Of a stretch of 37,070 nt of DNA, positions 1 to 8,189 are shown piece by piece. Within the stretch, counting starts at the first letter, position 1. The number at the start of each line of letters is the position of its first letter. Below the pieces are notes generated by a model. The model ran no database searches, had not been told where the DNA came from, and saw nothing but the letters and a program-made list of their open reading frames with translations. This DNA is from an uncultured Bacilli bacterium (GTDB lineage: Bacteria; Bacillota_I; Bacilli_A; RF39; UBA660), in NCBI GenBank assembly GCA_944329395.1, contig CALVIF010000003.1, positions 1-37,070 of the forward strand. The letters run 5' to 3'. The translations under genes and the position numbers were made by a program.

Positions 1-433
1 ATTTTTTTGATAATAGTTCTATTTTTTCATTTTGTTTTTTATTATCATTTATTAATAGTTCGAGTAGTGTAAGTATTATATTACTATGAATAGGACAATT
101 TTTTGAACAATTTTTTAGCATAGAGTAATAATCAATAAAAATTACTTCTGTTGTTTGATCACTAATAATATATATTTCATCTTCTGTATTTTGAAAAAAT
201 AAATTTGAGAATATATCGTTTGATTTTAATTCACGCATTATTGTTGTTGAACCATTTATATCTGTTTTTATAATATGCGCTTTTCCATATATGATAAAGC
301 CTATTTGTTTTTTTAAGGAATAATTGCTTATTATTATCTCTTTATTATTGAATGTTTTTTTATGTGTATTTACACAATTTGATAAATTTTTTTGGAAAAT
401 TAAAAGTTTATTTGTATCTATTGTATCAAGCAT
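1..433 (-). CDS. Crp/Fnr family transcriptional regulator (N-terminal part; runs off the window start)
   Basis: Not in the ORF track. Manual translation from ATG at 433 (RBS AAGAGGTGA) is open to position 1: MLDTIDTNKLLIFQKNLSNCVNTHKKTFNNKEIII...IGFIIYGKAHIIKTDINGSTTIMRELKSNDIFSNLF...EVIFIDYYSMLKNCSKNCPIH...NEKIELLSK. This is a cNMP-binding-like barrel with a CxxxCxxH motif, leading into the C-helix. Confidence 0.8.
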   Translation of the reverse strand, partial: MLDTIDTNKLLIFQKNLSNCVNTHKKTFNNKEIIISNYSLKKQIGFIIYGKAHIIKTDINGSTTIMRELKSNDIFSNLFFQNTEDEIYIISDQTTEVIFIDYYSMLKNCSKNCPIHSNIILTLLELLINDNKKQNEKIELLSKK

Positions 434-474
434 TTTTTCACCTCTTGTTAAATATTTTAGCATTTTTGTTTATG

Positions 475-490
475 TGTTGTAAATGCAACA
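475..490. promoter_or_regulatory. Palindromic operator overlapping the Crp/Fnr gene promoter
   Basis: TGTTGT-AAAT-GCAACA (one mismatch from a perfect palindrome). It overlaps a minus-strand TTTACA (478-483), with an extended -10 TGCTAAAAT at 454-462. Confidence 0.45.
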
Positions 491-664
491 TCTTGTTTTT
501 TATAAGTATGGTAGAATTGTGCTTATAAGATATTAGAAGGAATAATGGCTAAAAATGTTATGATTATGAAAAAATATTCTAATAGATTATAAAATTTGCT
601 TGTGTATATAATTAATTTTTTTAATTGTTATGTGAGTTTTTTTCTGATCATATAAATATTTTAA

Positions 665-807
665 ATGACGGAATTTAATTAATTAGTATCTTAATTATAT
701 TTTAGAATTTTAAGAAGATAAAAAATATAATTTTTGTAATTAAAAGATATTATATTTTTATGATTAAATTTTCAATATTTTAATAATTAGAAATATGACG
801 GAATTTA
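665..807 (+). repeat. 13-bp direct repeat ATGACGGAATTTA (665-677 and 795-807)
   Basis: Two exact copies 130 bp apart in an AT-rich intergenic region. Confidence 0.7.
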
Positions 808-836
808 TATTTTAGTAGTTGTTAGGAGAAAATAAA

Positions 837-1262
837 ATGGAAGAAAGATTAAGAGATGGTTACACTTTTTATTACTCTTTAATTAATGGTAATGATAGTG
901 GTGGTTATTTAAAAAGAACAGATTTTGGTTTATGTGGTTTGGAGTTATGTGGTAATGAGCAATTTTTACTAACTAATTTTCCTAATGTATTGCAAAGGTT
1001 AAATTCTGGAAATACTTTGCAAATGTATTTTGGAGATGTTTGTCATATGTTTACTATGATGATTGGGAAAGAAAACAGAGAAGGTCCATATGGGGAAGAG
1101 GCAAGTTTTTCTGATGTGTTTTTATTTTATGGAACTAGTCCAATTACTGTTTTGGAGGAGGCAGATCAAATTTTAGCAAAAAATACTGGGCAAAATAAGC
1201 AGCTAAAAAAAGCTTATCGTCTATATGGACAAGATAGATATCAATTTTATACTAGTAAATAG
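837..1262 (+). CDS. Hypothetical protein
   Basis: ORF with RBS AGGAG upstream of ATG 837; no recognisable motif. Confidence 0.65.
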   Translation: MEERLRDGYTFYYSLINGNDSGGYLKRTDFGLCGLELCGNEQFLLTNFPNVLQRLNSGNTLQMYFGDVCHMFTMMIGKENREGPYGEEASFSDVFLFYGTSPITVLEEADQILAKNTGQNKQLKKAYRLYGQDRYQFYTSK

Positions 1263-1771
1263 TAAAAAGATAGAATATTTGTGGCAAAAAAAGATTTGAA
1301 ATAAGTCAATGTTGTTTGTTTTATTGAATGTAATTATTACAATATTATTATACTCTATATATTTTAATTGTAATTATTATGTTATTTGGGTAAAAATGAT
1401 TTTATTATTGTTTAATTTTGATAATGGTTGTTAAAAATATTTGATTGTTTTTTGACTAAAAAAGTGAAAAAATGTAAAAACGACTTTTAATAAAAGTAAA
1501 AAAAATAATATTTTTTTATAATAAAATTATTGAAAAATAAAGGTTTTAGCCAAAATAATAAGAAAAAAAATAAAAAATATAAAAAACGATTTTAAAGAAA
1601 TGTCTATTTTTTGTCAATTGTCGTAAATCGAACAAAAAATTTTTTTTATGAAATCTATATATATCAACATTTAAAAAAAATATGTTGAAAATTGTAATTT
1701 TTTACTATTGATTTTTTATTTTTTGTTACTTACAATGAATTTAATAAGTGAATGTATTAGGAGGTAAAAGT

Positions 1772-4093
1772 ATGGCAGAAGTTAACGAATTATTTGATAA
1801 TTTAACTGTTATAAAAAGAAATGGTAAAAAAGTTGATTTTGACGGTTCTAAAATCGCTTTAGCTATAAAAAAGGGATTTGATAGCGTTGAAGTAGACGAC
1901 GATGAAATAGAAAAGGAAAGAAAATATACTACAAAAGATATTCAAAAAGTATATCAAGCAGTATTAAAGAGAATTGAAAAGGATTCTGAAGAAAAAAATA
2001 ATCGTTTTAAAATAGAAGAAATTCAGGATTATATTGAGAGTGAACTTTCTAATAAGGGATATGATGATGTTTATAAATCTTTTTCTGAGTATCGTGAAAG
2101 AAGAAATCAGTCTAGGGAATCTTTTTTTGGAGATAATAAGACACATAAATTTTTAAAGTCTTTAGAAAATTTGGGATTGAAATCTGCTAATGAGGAAGAT
2201 GCAAAAAGAGAAAATGCAAATATTGATGGTAATAGTCCGATGGGAACAATGTTGCAATATGGTGCAACTGTTTCTAAAGAATTTGCCAAAGCTTATTTAA
2301 TGAAAAAAGAATATGCTGAGGCACATGATAATGGTACTATTCATATTCACGATATGGATTTTCTTGCTATGGGGACTACTACTTGTTGTCAAATAGATTT
2401 ATCAAAATTGTTCAAAACTGGATTTGATACAGGGCATGGTTATATTAGACCACCTCAGGATATTTCTACTTATGGGTCTTTAGCTGCTATTGCAATTCAA
2501 GCTAATCAAAATGATCAACATGGTGGACAAGCTATACCAGCACTTGATTATTATATGGCTCCTGGTGTGTTGAAAACATTTAAAAGACAATTTAAGCAAA
2601 CAATTTATGATTTTTTGGATTTGGAAGGATTTATTCCAATTATTAATATTGATAGAATTATTAGAGAGATTGATAAAGTGGAATCCATTAATGTTGATGT
2701 TAGTGAATTTAGTGATTATCAAAGAGGTTCCAGTAGAATTCATGAAATTTTTGAAAAAAGTTATGAGAAAGCTCTTCAAAAAACAGATCGCGCAACGCAA
2801 CAAACTATGGAAGCTTTTATTCATAATTTAAATACAATGCATTCTAGAGCAGGAGCTCAGGTTCCATTTTCGTCTGTTAATTTTGGAACTGATTGTTCAC
2901 CAGAAGGAAGAATGGTAATTAAAAATTTCTTATTATCAGCTGAATGTGGACTTGGAAGAGGGGAAACACCAATTTTCCCAGTATCTATTTTTAAAGTAAA
3001 GGAAGGTATTAATTATAATCCAGAAGATTCAAATTATGATTTATTTAAGTTAGCATGTAGGGTATCTGCTAAAAGACTTTTTCCTAACTTTGCATTTATA
3101 GATGCTCCATTTAATTTAAAATATTATAAGGATGGCGATTACAATACAGAAATAGCTTATATGGGTTGTCGTACTAGAGTTGTTGGTGATGTTACTTCTC
3201 CTGATAATGAAGTTGTAACTGGTCGTGGTAATTTATCATTTACAACTATTAATTTACCAAGATTGGGTATTAAATATGGTATTAGTCTAAAAGAGCGTGA
3301 GAAGGCTGATATGGAAGGTTTTTATCGTGAGCTTGGTGAAATTATGGATATGGTTCGTGATCAATTACTTGAACGTTTTGAAGTTCAATGTTCTAAGCAT
3401 TGTTATAATTTTCCTTTCTTATTAGGTCAAGGAATTTGGACTAATGGGGAAAAATTAAAACCAGCTGATCGATTACGTAAAGTTTGGAAACATGGCACTT
3501 TATCAACTGGATTTATTGGTCTTGCTGAGTGTTTGAAGGCTTTAACGGGAAAGCATCATGGTGAAAGTGAAGAAAGTCAAAAATTAGGATTAGAAATTGT
3601 TAAGTTTATGCGTGAAAAGTGTGAAGAAAATTCTAAAAAATATAATTTGAATTTTACTTGTTTGGCTACGCCAGCTGAAGGATTATCTGGTAGATTTACT
3701 AGAATTGATAGAGCTATATATGGAAAGATAAAGGGAGTTACAGATAGAGAATATTATACAAATTCATTCCATATACCTGTTTATTATAATATTAGTATTA
3801 CTGATAAGATTGAACATGAGGCACCATATCATGAACTTACTAACGGTGGACATATTTCTTATATTGAACTTGATGGTGATACTGCATCTAATGTTGATGC
3901 GTTTGAGAAGGTTATTAGAATTATGAAAGAAGCTGGTATAGGTTATGGAGCAATAAATCATCCAGTTGATCGTGATCCTGTTTGTGGTTATGTAGGTGTT
4001 ATAAATGATGTTTGTCCAAAATGTGGTCGACGTGAATTTGAAGGTGTTCCACTTGAAAAAATAACTGCTATAGATAATCAATGTTGTGAATAA
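1772..4093 (+). CDS. nrdD: Anaerobic (class III) ribonucleoside-triphosphate reductase, large chain lacking the glycyl-radical tail
   Basis: N-terminal ATP-cone (VIKRNGKKVDFDGSKI), IHIHDMDF, TTTCCQ, MGCRT, GRGNLSFTTINLPR, TPAEGLSGRF, YYTNSFH, GGHISY, zinc-site DPVC..CPKC. RBS AGGAGG before ATG 1772. No RxxGY motif. Confidence 0.95.
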   Translation: MAEVNELFDNLTVIKRNGKKVDFDGSKIALAIKKGFDSVEVDDDEIEKERKYTTKDIQKVYQAVLKRIEKDSEEKNNRFKIEEIQDYIESELSNKGYDDVYKSFSEYRERRNQSRESFFGDNKTHKFLKSLENLGLKSANEEDAKRENANIDGNSPMGTMLQYGATVSKEFAKAYLMKKEYAEAHDNGTIHIHDMDFLAMGTTTCCQIDLSKLFKTGFDTGHGYIRPPQDISTYGSLAAIAIQANQNDQHGGQAIPALDYYMAPGVLKTFKRQFKQTIYDFLDLEGFIPIINIDRIIREIDKVESINVDVSEFSDYQRGSSRIHEIFEKSYEKALQKTDRATQQTMEAFIHNLNTMHSRAGAQVPFSSVNFGTDCSPEGRMVIKNFLLSAECGLGRGETPIFPVSIFKVKEGINYNPEDSNYDLFKLACRVSAKRLFPNFAFIDAPFNLKYYKDGDYNTEIAYMGCRTRVVGDVTSPDNEVVTGRGNLSFTTINLPRLGIKYGISLKEREKADMEGFYRELGEIMDMVRDQLLERFEVQCSKHCYNFPFLLGQGIWTNGEKLKPADRLRKVWKHGTLSTGFIGLAECLKALTGKHHGESEESQKLGLEIVKFMREKCEENSKKYNLNFTCLATPAEGLSGRFTRIDRAIYGKIKGVTDREYYTNSFHIPVYYNISITDKIEHEAPYHELTNGGHISYIELDGDTASNVDAFEKVIRIMKEAGIGYGAINHPVDRDPVCGYVGVINDVCPKCGRREFEGVPLEKITAIDNQCCE

Positions 4094-4119
4094 ATAATAA
4101 AAAAGAAGGAGAGATAATT

Positions 4120-4281
4120 ATGGAAAAAATAGTTGGAGAAGGACAAAAATTTGAAAGAATTAGAAGAGTTACAGGATATTTGGCGGGTGATGTTTCTAGA
4201 TTCAATAATGGTAAACGTGCTGAGGAAAGAGATCGTGTAAAACATAGTGGTGTTAATGATATTGTAAAAGAAGGTAAGTAA
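4120..4281 (+). CDS. Stand-alone NrdD glycyl-radical domain peptide (53 aa)
   Basis: Not in the ORF track. MEKIVGEGQKFERIRRVTGYLAGDVSRFNNGKRAEERDRVKHSGVNDIVKEGK carries the class III RNR RxxGY motif and the FNxxKxxExxDRVKH tail. It has its own RBS AAGGAG and stops 1 nt before nrdG. Confidence 0.92.
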   Translation: MEKIVGEGQKFERIRRVTGYLAGDVSRFNNGKRAEERDRVKHSGVNDIVKEGK

Positions 4282-4282
4282 T

Positions 4283-4834
4283 ATGAAAATTAGGTTAGCT
4301 GCTTGTTTGCAGCCTGATTCTATTGTAGATGGTGAGGGAATTAGAACTGTAATTTGGACGCAAGGATGTTCTCATCATTGCCCTGGATGTCATAATGCTA
4401 GTACATGGGATTTTGATGGTGGTGCTTTGGTTGACGTTGATGATGTCATCACTGAATTAAGGGGTATAAAAAATCAGGATGGTATTACTCTTTCTGGTGG
4501 TGATCCTATTTTTCAGGCTGATGCTTGCTATGAAATTTGTAAAGCTGCTCATGAAATGGGACTTAATGTATGGTGTTATACTGGTTTTAAATATGAGCAA
4601 ATATTATTTAATCCGAAAGCTAGGCGTTTACTTGAGCAAATTGACGTTTTAGTTGATGGTAGATTTGTAGAAGAAGAAAAAAGTTTTGATATTTATTTCA
4701 GAGGTTCTAGAAATCAAAGAATTATTGATGTTCCAAAAAGTTTAGAAAAAGAGCAGGTTGTTCTTATTGATAAGTATATGGAAGATAAAAGTTATGAGAT
4801 TAATTATAAAAAACCACAATATATGTTTATTTAA
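4283..4834 (+). CDS. nrdG: Anaerobic RNR activating enzyme (radical SAM)
   Basis: SIVDGEGIR, CSHHCPGCHN (CxxxCxxC), LSGGDP, DVLVDGRF, FRGSRNQRIID. Confidence 0.95.
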   Translation: MKIRLAACLQPDSIVDGEGIRTVIWTQGCSHHCPGCHNASTWDFDGGALVDVDDVITELRGIKNQDGITLSGGDPIFQADACYEICKAAHEMGLNVWCYTGFKYEQILFNPKARRLLEQIDVLVDGRFVEEEKSFDIYFRGSRNQRIIDVPKSLEKEQVVLIDKYMEDKSYEINYKKPQYMFI

Positions 4835-4857
4835 GAGCTTTTTGGCTCTTTTTTTTT
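4833..4857 (+). terminator. Intrinsic terminator after nrdG
   Basis: AAGAGC-tttttg-GCTCTT followed by a T run. Confidence 0.65.
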
Positions 4858-4862
4858 ATTTT

Positions 4863-4904
4863 TGTCGATTTAAAATTTTGATATGTTTTGTCGTATTGGT
4901 AGAA
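4863..4904 (+). promoter_or_regulatory. Putative Spo0A boxes upstream of spoIIAA
   Basis: TGTCGAT (4863), TGTCGTA (4889) and GGTAGAA (4898) resemble TGNCGAA; spoIIA is Spo0A-activated in B. subtilis. Confidence 0.4.
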
Positions 4905-4948
4905 ATATTTTTTTATTTTCTTTATATTTTAATAGAGAGGTGATGTTC

Positions 4949-5269
4949 ATGTTGGATATAAATATTGAGGTTGTGAGGGGTATTATTTTTATTAGATTGG
5001 AAGGTGATTTAACTAGCGGGACATTTAATAATTTAAATTTAGAAATTGATAATTTACTTTACAATTTAGGAATGCAATTTTATGTAATTATTTTTGCTGA
5101 TCTTTTTACTATTGACAATAATGTTTTTGACATGATTCAGAATAAATTATATGAAATTTTTTTAAGTTGTGGTGATGTAGTTATGTGTGGAGTAAAAAAA
5201 ATTTTTAAAGATAAAAGAATAATTTATATTAATAGTGAAGATGAGGCATTTAGATATTTTAGTATTTGA
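4949..5269 (+). CDS. spoIIAA: SpoIIAA-like STAS anti-anti-sigma factor, divergent
   Basis: FIRLEGDL...VIIFADLFTIDNNVFDMI...GDVVMCGV...SEDEA aligns by eye with SpoIIAA (CIRLTGELD...LSFMDSSGLGVI...GEMVVCAI...SEQQA). Lies directly upstream of sigF; RBS AGAGGTG. Confidence 0.75.
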   Translation: MLDINIEVVRGIIFIRLEGDLTSGTFNNLNLEIDNLLYNLGMQFYVIIFADLFTIDNNVFDMIQNKLYEIFLSCGDVVMCGVKKIFKDKRIIYINSEDEAFRYFSI

Positions 5270-5279
5270 AAGGATGAAA

Positions 5280-5918
5280 ATGGATGATTTACTTGAATAT
5301 GAAGGATTAGTTTATGGAATTATTAATAGATATAGTTCTTATTTTGATTTGGATGATTTGTATCAAGTAGGAATGCTGGGATTGATTGATGCATATAAAC
5401 ATTATAATTGTAATTTAAATACTAAGTTTTCAACTTATGCATATTATTATATTTTAGGAGAAGTAAAGAAATATGTTAGAGAAAGTAATTTGGTTAAAGT
5501 TGGTGGTGAATTAGTTAAGGTTAATCAAGCTGTTGAACGTGCTAAAGAAAAAATGAGTCAAACGCTAGGAAGAGAGCCTACTTTAATTGAGTTATCCACA
5601 TTTTTGGAAATTGATGCGGAAAAAATTGAAGAAGCTCGTATTGCAGCTTTAGATATTAGAAGTTTAGATTATACTAGCGAAGATGAATCTAATGATTTAT
5701 ATAATTCTATTATTTCGACCGATAATGGAATGAAATGTGAAATATTGGATTTAAAAATGGCTTTAGAAGGTTTAAACTCTGATGAAAAAAATTTAATTAT
5801 TTCAAGATATTTTAATGACTTAACACAATCTGAAACAAGTAAGGAATTGGGAATTAGTCAAGTTCAGGTATCAAGAAAAGAAGGTAAAATTTTAGAAAAA
5901 TTAAAAAGTGTACTTTAA
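5280..5918 (+). CDS. sigF: Forespore sigma factor SigF (SigF/SigG family), N-terminally short
   Basis: DDLYQVGMLGL, KFSTYA, LVKV, LGREPT, TQSE..LGISQVQVSRKEGKIL (SigF-type region 4). Located between spoIIAA and spoVA. Confidence 0.8.
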   Translation: MDDLLEYEGLVYGIINRYSSYFDLDDLYQVGMLGLIDAYKHYNCNLNTKFSTYAYYYILGEVKKYVRESNLVKVGGELVKVNQAVERAKEKMSQTLGREPTLIELSTFLEIDAEKIEEARIAALDIRSLDYTSEDESNDLYNSIISTDNGMKCEILDLKMALEGLNSDEKNLIISRYFNDLTQSETSKELGISQVQVSRKEGKILEKLKSVL

Positions 5919-5944
5919 AACTTAAGAATTTTCTTAAGTTTTTT
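5917..5944 (+). terminator. Intrinsic terminator after sigF
   Basis: AAAACTTAAGAA-tt-TTCTTAAGTTTT plus T run. Confidence 0.7.
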
Positions 5945-5974
5945 GTATGAAATTAAAATATTTAGTTGATAATA
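5945..5974 (+). promoter_or_regulatory. Putative SigG-type promoter of spoVA
   Basis: GTATG-N18-GATAATA matches GNATR-N18-CATWNTA with one mismatch; spoVA is SigG-dependent in B. subtilis. Confidence 0.5.
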
Positions 5975-5990
5975 TTAGTGGTGAATAGAT

Positions 5991-6434
5991 ATGGAAGATA
6001 AATTATATAAAAAAATTGCTGATTCTCATAAGCCTAAGGAAACAAAGTTGAAGAACTTAATTATTGCTTTTGTAGTTGGTGGTTTAATAGGTTGCTTTGG
6101 GGAAATAATTATTGAAATAATGTGTTCTTTTTTTCATAAATCAAGGGCTCAAGCTCAGGTGTTTATGAGTGTTTTCTTTATTTTTATTGCTAGTTTATTA
6201 ACATCTTTAGGTTTTTTTGATAAATTGGTTAATAAATGCAAATGTGGATTATTAATACCAATTACTGGATTTGCACATTCAATGACTAGTGCTGCATTAG
6301 ATTATAGAAAAGAAGGGCTAATATATGGTATTGGATCTAATATTTTTAAACTTGCTGGTTCTGTTATTTTGTATGGGGTTGTTTCTACTTGGCTTTTTGG
6401 AATGATAAGATATTTTATTGGAGGTGTTTTATGA
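5991..6434 (+). CDS. spoVAC: Stage V sporulation protein AC
   Basis: AFVVGGLIG, IPITGFAHSMTSAALDYRKEGLIYGIGSNIFKLAGSVILYG. Confidence 0.92.
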   Translation: MEDKLYKKIADSHKPKETKLKNLIIAFVVGGLIGCFGEIIIEIMCSFFHKSRAQAQVFMSVFFIFIASLLTSLGFFDKLVNKCKCGLLIPITGFAHSMTSAALDYRKEGLIYGIGSNIFKLAGSVILYGVVSTWLFGMIRYFIGGVL

Positions 6435-7423
6435 CATTTAAATATAAAAATGTTTATGTTGAGGATACAGTTACTTTTGCAGGTCCTTATGAAAAGAAGG
6501 GCCCTTTAAAAAAGTATTTTGATAAAACTTTTAATGATTTATATTTTGGGGCAGATTCTTTTGAAAAAGCAGAGATTAAAGCAATTAGAGATAATCTAAA
6601 TTTAATGTTTAAAAAACTTGGTAAAAAAAAAGATGATATTGATTTAATTATTGGGAGTGATTTATTAAATCAAATTTCTGCTTCTACTTATGGATGTGAA
6701 GGTTATGGAAATGGATTTATTGGAATTTATGGAGCATGTAGTAGTAGTGTTTTAGGAATGATAATTGCTAGTAATTTTATTGAGTATAATCAAATTTCTA
6801 ATGCTATATGTTTAGTTTCTTCGCATAATATGACAAGTGAGAAACAGTTTAGAAATCCTACTGAATATGGAGCACCTAAACCTAGAAGTGCAACTTTTAC
6901 TGCAACAGGAGCTGCATCTATTTGTTTGTCTTCGCAAAAAACAGATGTGCGTGTTGAATGTTCTACTTTGGGAAGAATAATTGATTATGGTGAAAATAAT
7001 CCTAATGATATGGGAAGAGTTATGGCTCCAGCTGCAATTGATACTTTGCGTAAACATTTTGAAGAAACAGGAAGAACGCCTGATTATTATGATTTGATTT
7101 TAACAGGTGATTTAGGAGAATATGGTAAGGAAATTGTTAAAGATTATATGTCCATAAAATATAATTATGATTTGAGTAAAAATTATAATGATTGTGGTGT
7201 TATGTTATATGATTTAACTAAGCAGAAAGAAGTTTTAGCTGGTGGTTCCGGGCCAGTATGTAGTGCACTTGTTAATTATGGTTATATTTATGATCAGTTA
7301 AAAAAGAAGAAGTTAAAAAGAGTTTTATTAGTAGCTACAGGTGCTTTATTTTGTCCACTTCTTGTTTATCAAAAAGAAAATATTAATTCTATTGCTCATG
7401 CAATTAGTTTGGAGGCGATTTAA
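6431..7423 (+). CDS. spoVAD: Stage V sporulation protein AD
   Basis: DSFEKAE, DLLNQ, GIYGACSS, SSHNMTSEKQFRNPTEYG, MAPAAIDT, YDLILTGDLG, AGGSG, AHAISLE. Confidence 0.95.
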   Translation: MTFKYKNVYVEDTVTFAGPYEKKGPLKKYFDKTFNDLYFGADSFEKAEIKAIRDNLNLMFKKLGKKKDDIDLIIGSDLLNQISASTYGCEGYGNGFIGIYGACSSSVLGMIIASNFIEYNQISNAICLVSSHNMTSEKQFRNPTEYGAPKPRSATFTATGAASICLSSQKTDVRVECSTLGRIIDYGENNPNDMGRVMAPAAIDTLRKHFEETGRTPDYYDLILTGDLGEYGKEIVKDYMSIKYNYDLSKNYNDCGVMLYDLTKQKEVLAGGSGPVCSALVNYGYIYDQLKKKKLKRVLLVATGALFCPLLVYQKENINSIAHAISLEAI

Positions 7424-7773
7424 TGTTATTTATTAATTCATTTTTATTTTGTGGGACAATTTGTTTAATTGCTCAAATTATTTTGGATAATACTAAATTA
7501 ACTCCGGGCCATATAACAAGTTTATTTGTGGTTATAGGGGCTTTTTTAGATAGTTTTAGTTTATATGATTTAATTATTAAATATGTTGGAGGTGGAGCTC
7601 TTGTACCAATAACAAGTTTTGGTCATTCTTTAGTACATGGTGCATTAGCTAAAACTAATGGTTATGGGTTAATGGGAATATTTATGGGAATGTTTGATTT
7701 AACTGCTTCTGGAATAACAGCAGCAATAATATTTTCTTTTATATTTTCTTTAATTTTTAAGCCTAAAAATTAA
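7423..7773 (+). CDS. spoVAE: Stage V sporulation protein AE (SpoVAEb type)
   Basis: ICLIAQIILDNTKLTPGH, GALVPITSFGHSL, LIFKPK. Confidence 0.9.
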   Translation: MLFINSFLFCGTICLIAQIILDNTKLTPGHITSLFVVIGAFLDSFSLYDLIIKYVGGGALVPITSFGHSLVHGALAKTNGYGLMGIFMGMFDLTASGITAAIIFSFIFSLIFKPKN

Positions 7774-7785
7774 TGTTAAAATTAA

Positions 7786-7811
7786 AACCATACAAAATTA
7801 ATTGTATGGTT
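7786..7811. terminator. Hairpin between convergent genes
   Basis: AACCATACAA-aattaa-TTGTATGGTT. Confidence 0.6.
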
Positions 7812-8112
7812 AGTTTAGTTTTGAAATTTCAATTATTTTTTCTATGCTATCATCTTTTGCCATAATATTTTTGTGTAATTGGTTACATTTTGTACATTTA
7901 TATAAAATTTTGTATGTATCTTTAAATTTTTCTATTCCGATTGGTTTTAGTAAACCATGGCACTGGTTTTGTCTATCTCCTGGGAAAATATCAACATGTT
8001 TTGAATATAGGCAGTATGGGCAATGATCTCTCGATGTATATTGCAATGGCATAACATTTTTGTTGCAATTTTCACAAGTAAAATTTTCATCACGTCTTGT
8101 AAATTTTTTCAT
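7810..8112 (-). CDS. RNHCP domain zinc-binding protein
   Basis: FTCENC...SRDHCPYCLYSKHVDIFPGDR...C.GLLKP...KCTKC. Confidence 0.88.
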   Translation of the reverse strand: MKKFTRRDENFTCENCNKNVMPLQYTSRDHCPYCLYSKHVDIFPGDRQNQCHGLLKPIGIEKFKDTYKILYKCTKCNQLHKNIMAKDDSIEKIIEISKLN

Positions 8113-8189
8113 TTTAAATCACCTGTAAACATTATAGCATATATTTTTTAGGTGTGATATAATGTTTGTATTGTTCAGGAGTGTATTTT

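Noticed and set aside
483-498. NrdR box-like CAACATCTTG
   Set aside because: Single copy about 1.3 kb upstream of nrdD with a gene in between; the overlapping palindrome explains it better.
1964-4081. Short antisense/alternate-frame ORFs inside nrdD (and similar ones inside spoVAD, scpA, rluA, nifJ, recG and others)
   Set aside because: They are shadows of well-supported genes, with no RBS or recognisable motifs.
4085-4125. Readthrough or programmed frameshift joining nrdD to the radical peptide
   Set aside because: The ORFs are in different frames and separated by a 26-nt gap containing a dedicated RBS; independent translation is simpler.
5260-5275. Mollicute-type TGA=Trp recoding
   Set aside because: TGA ends spoIIAA at the expected length, and conserved Trp positions use TGG.
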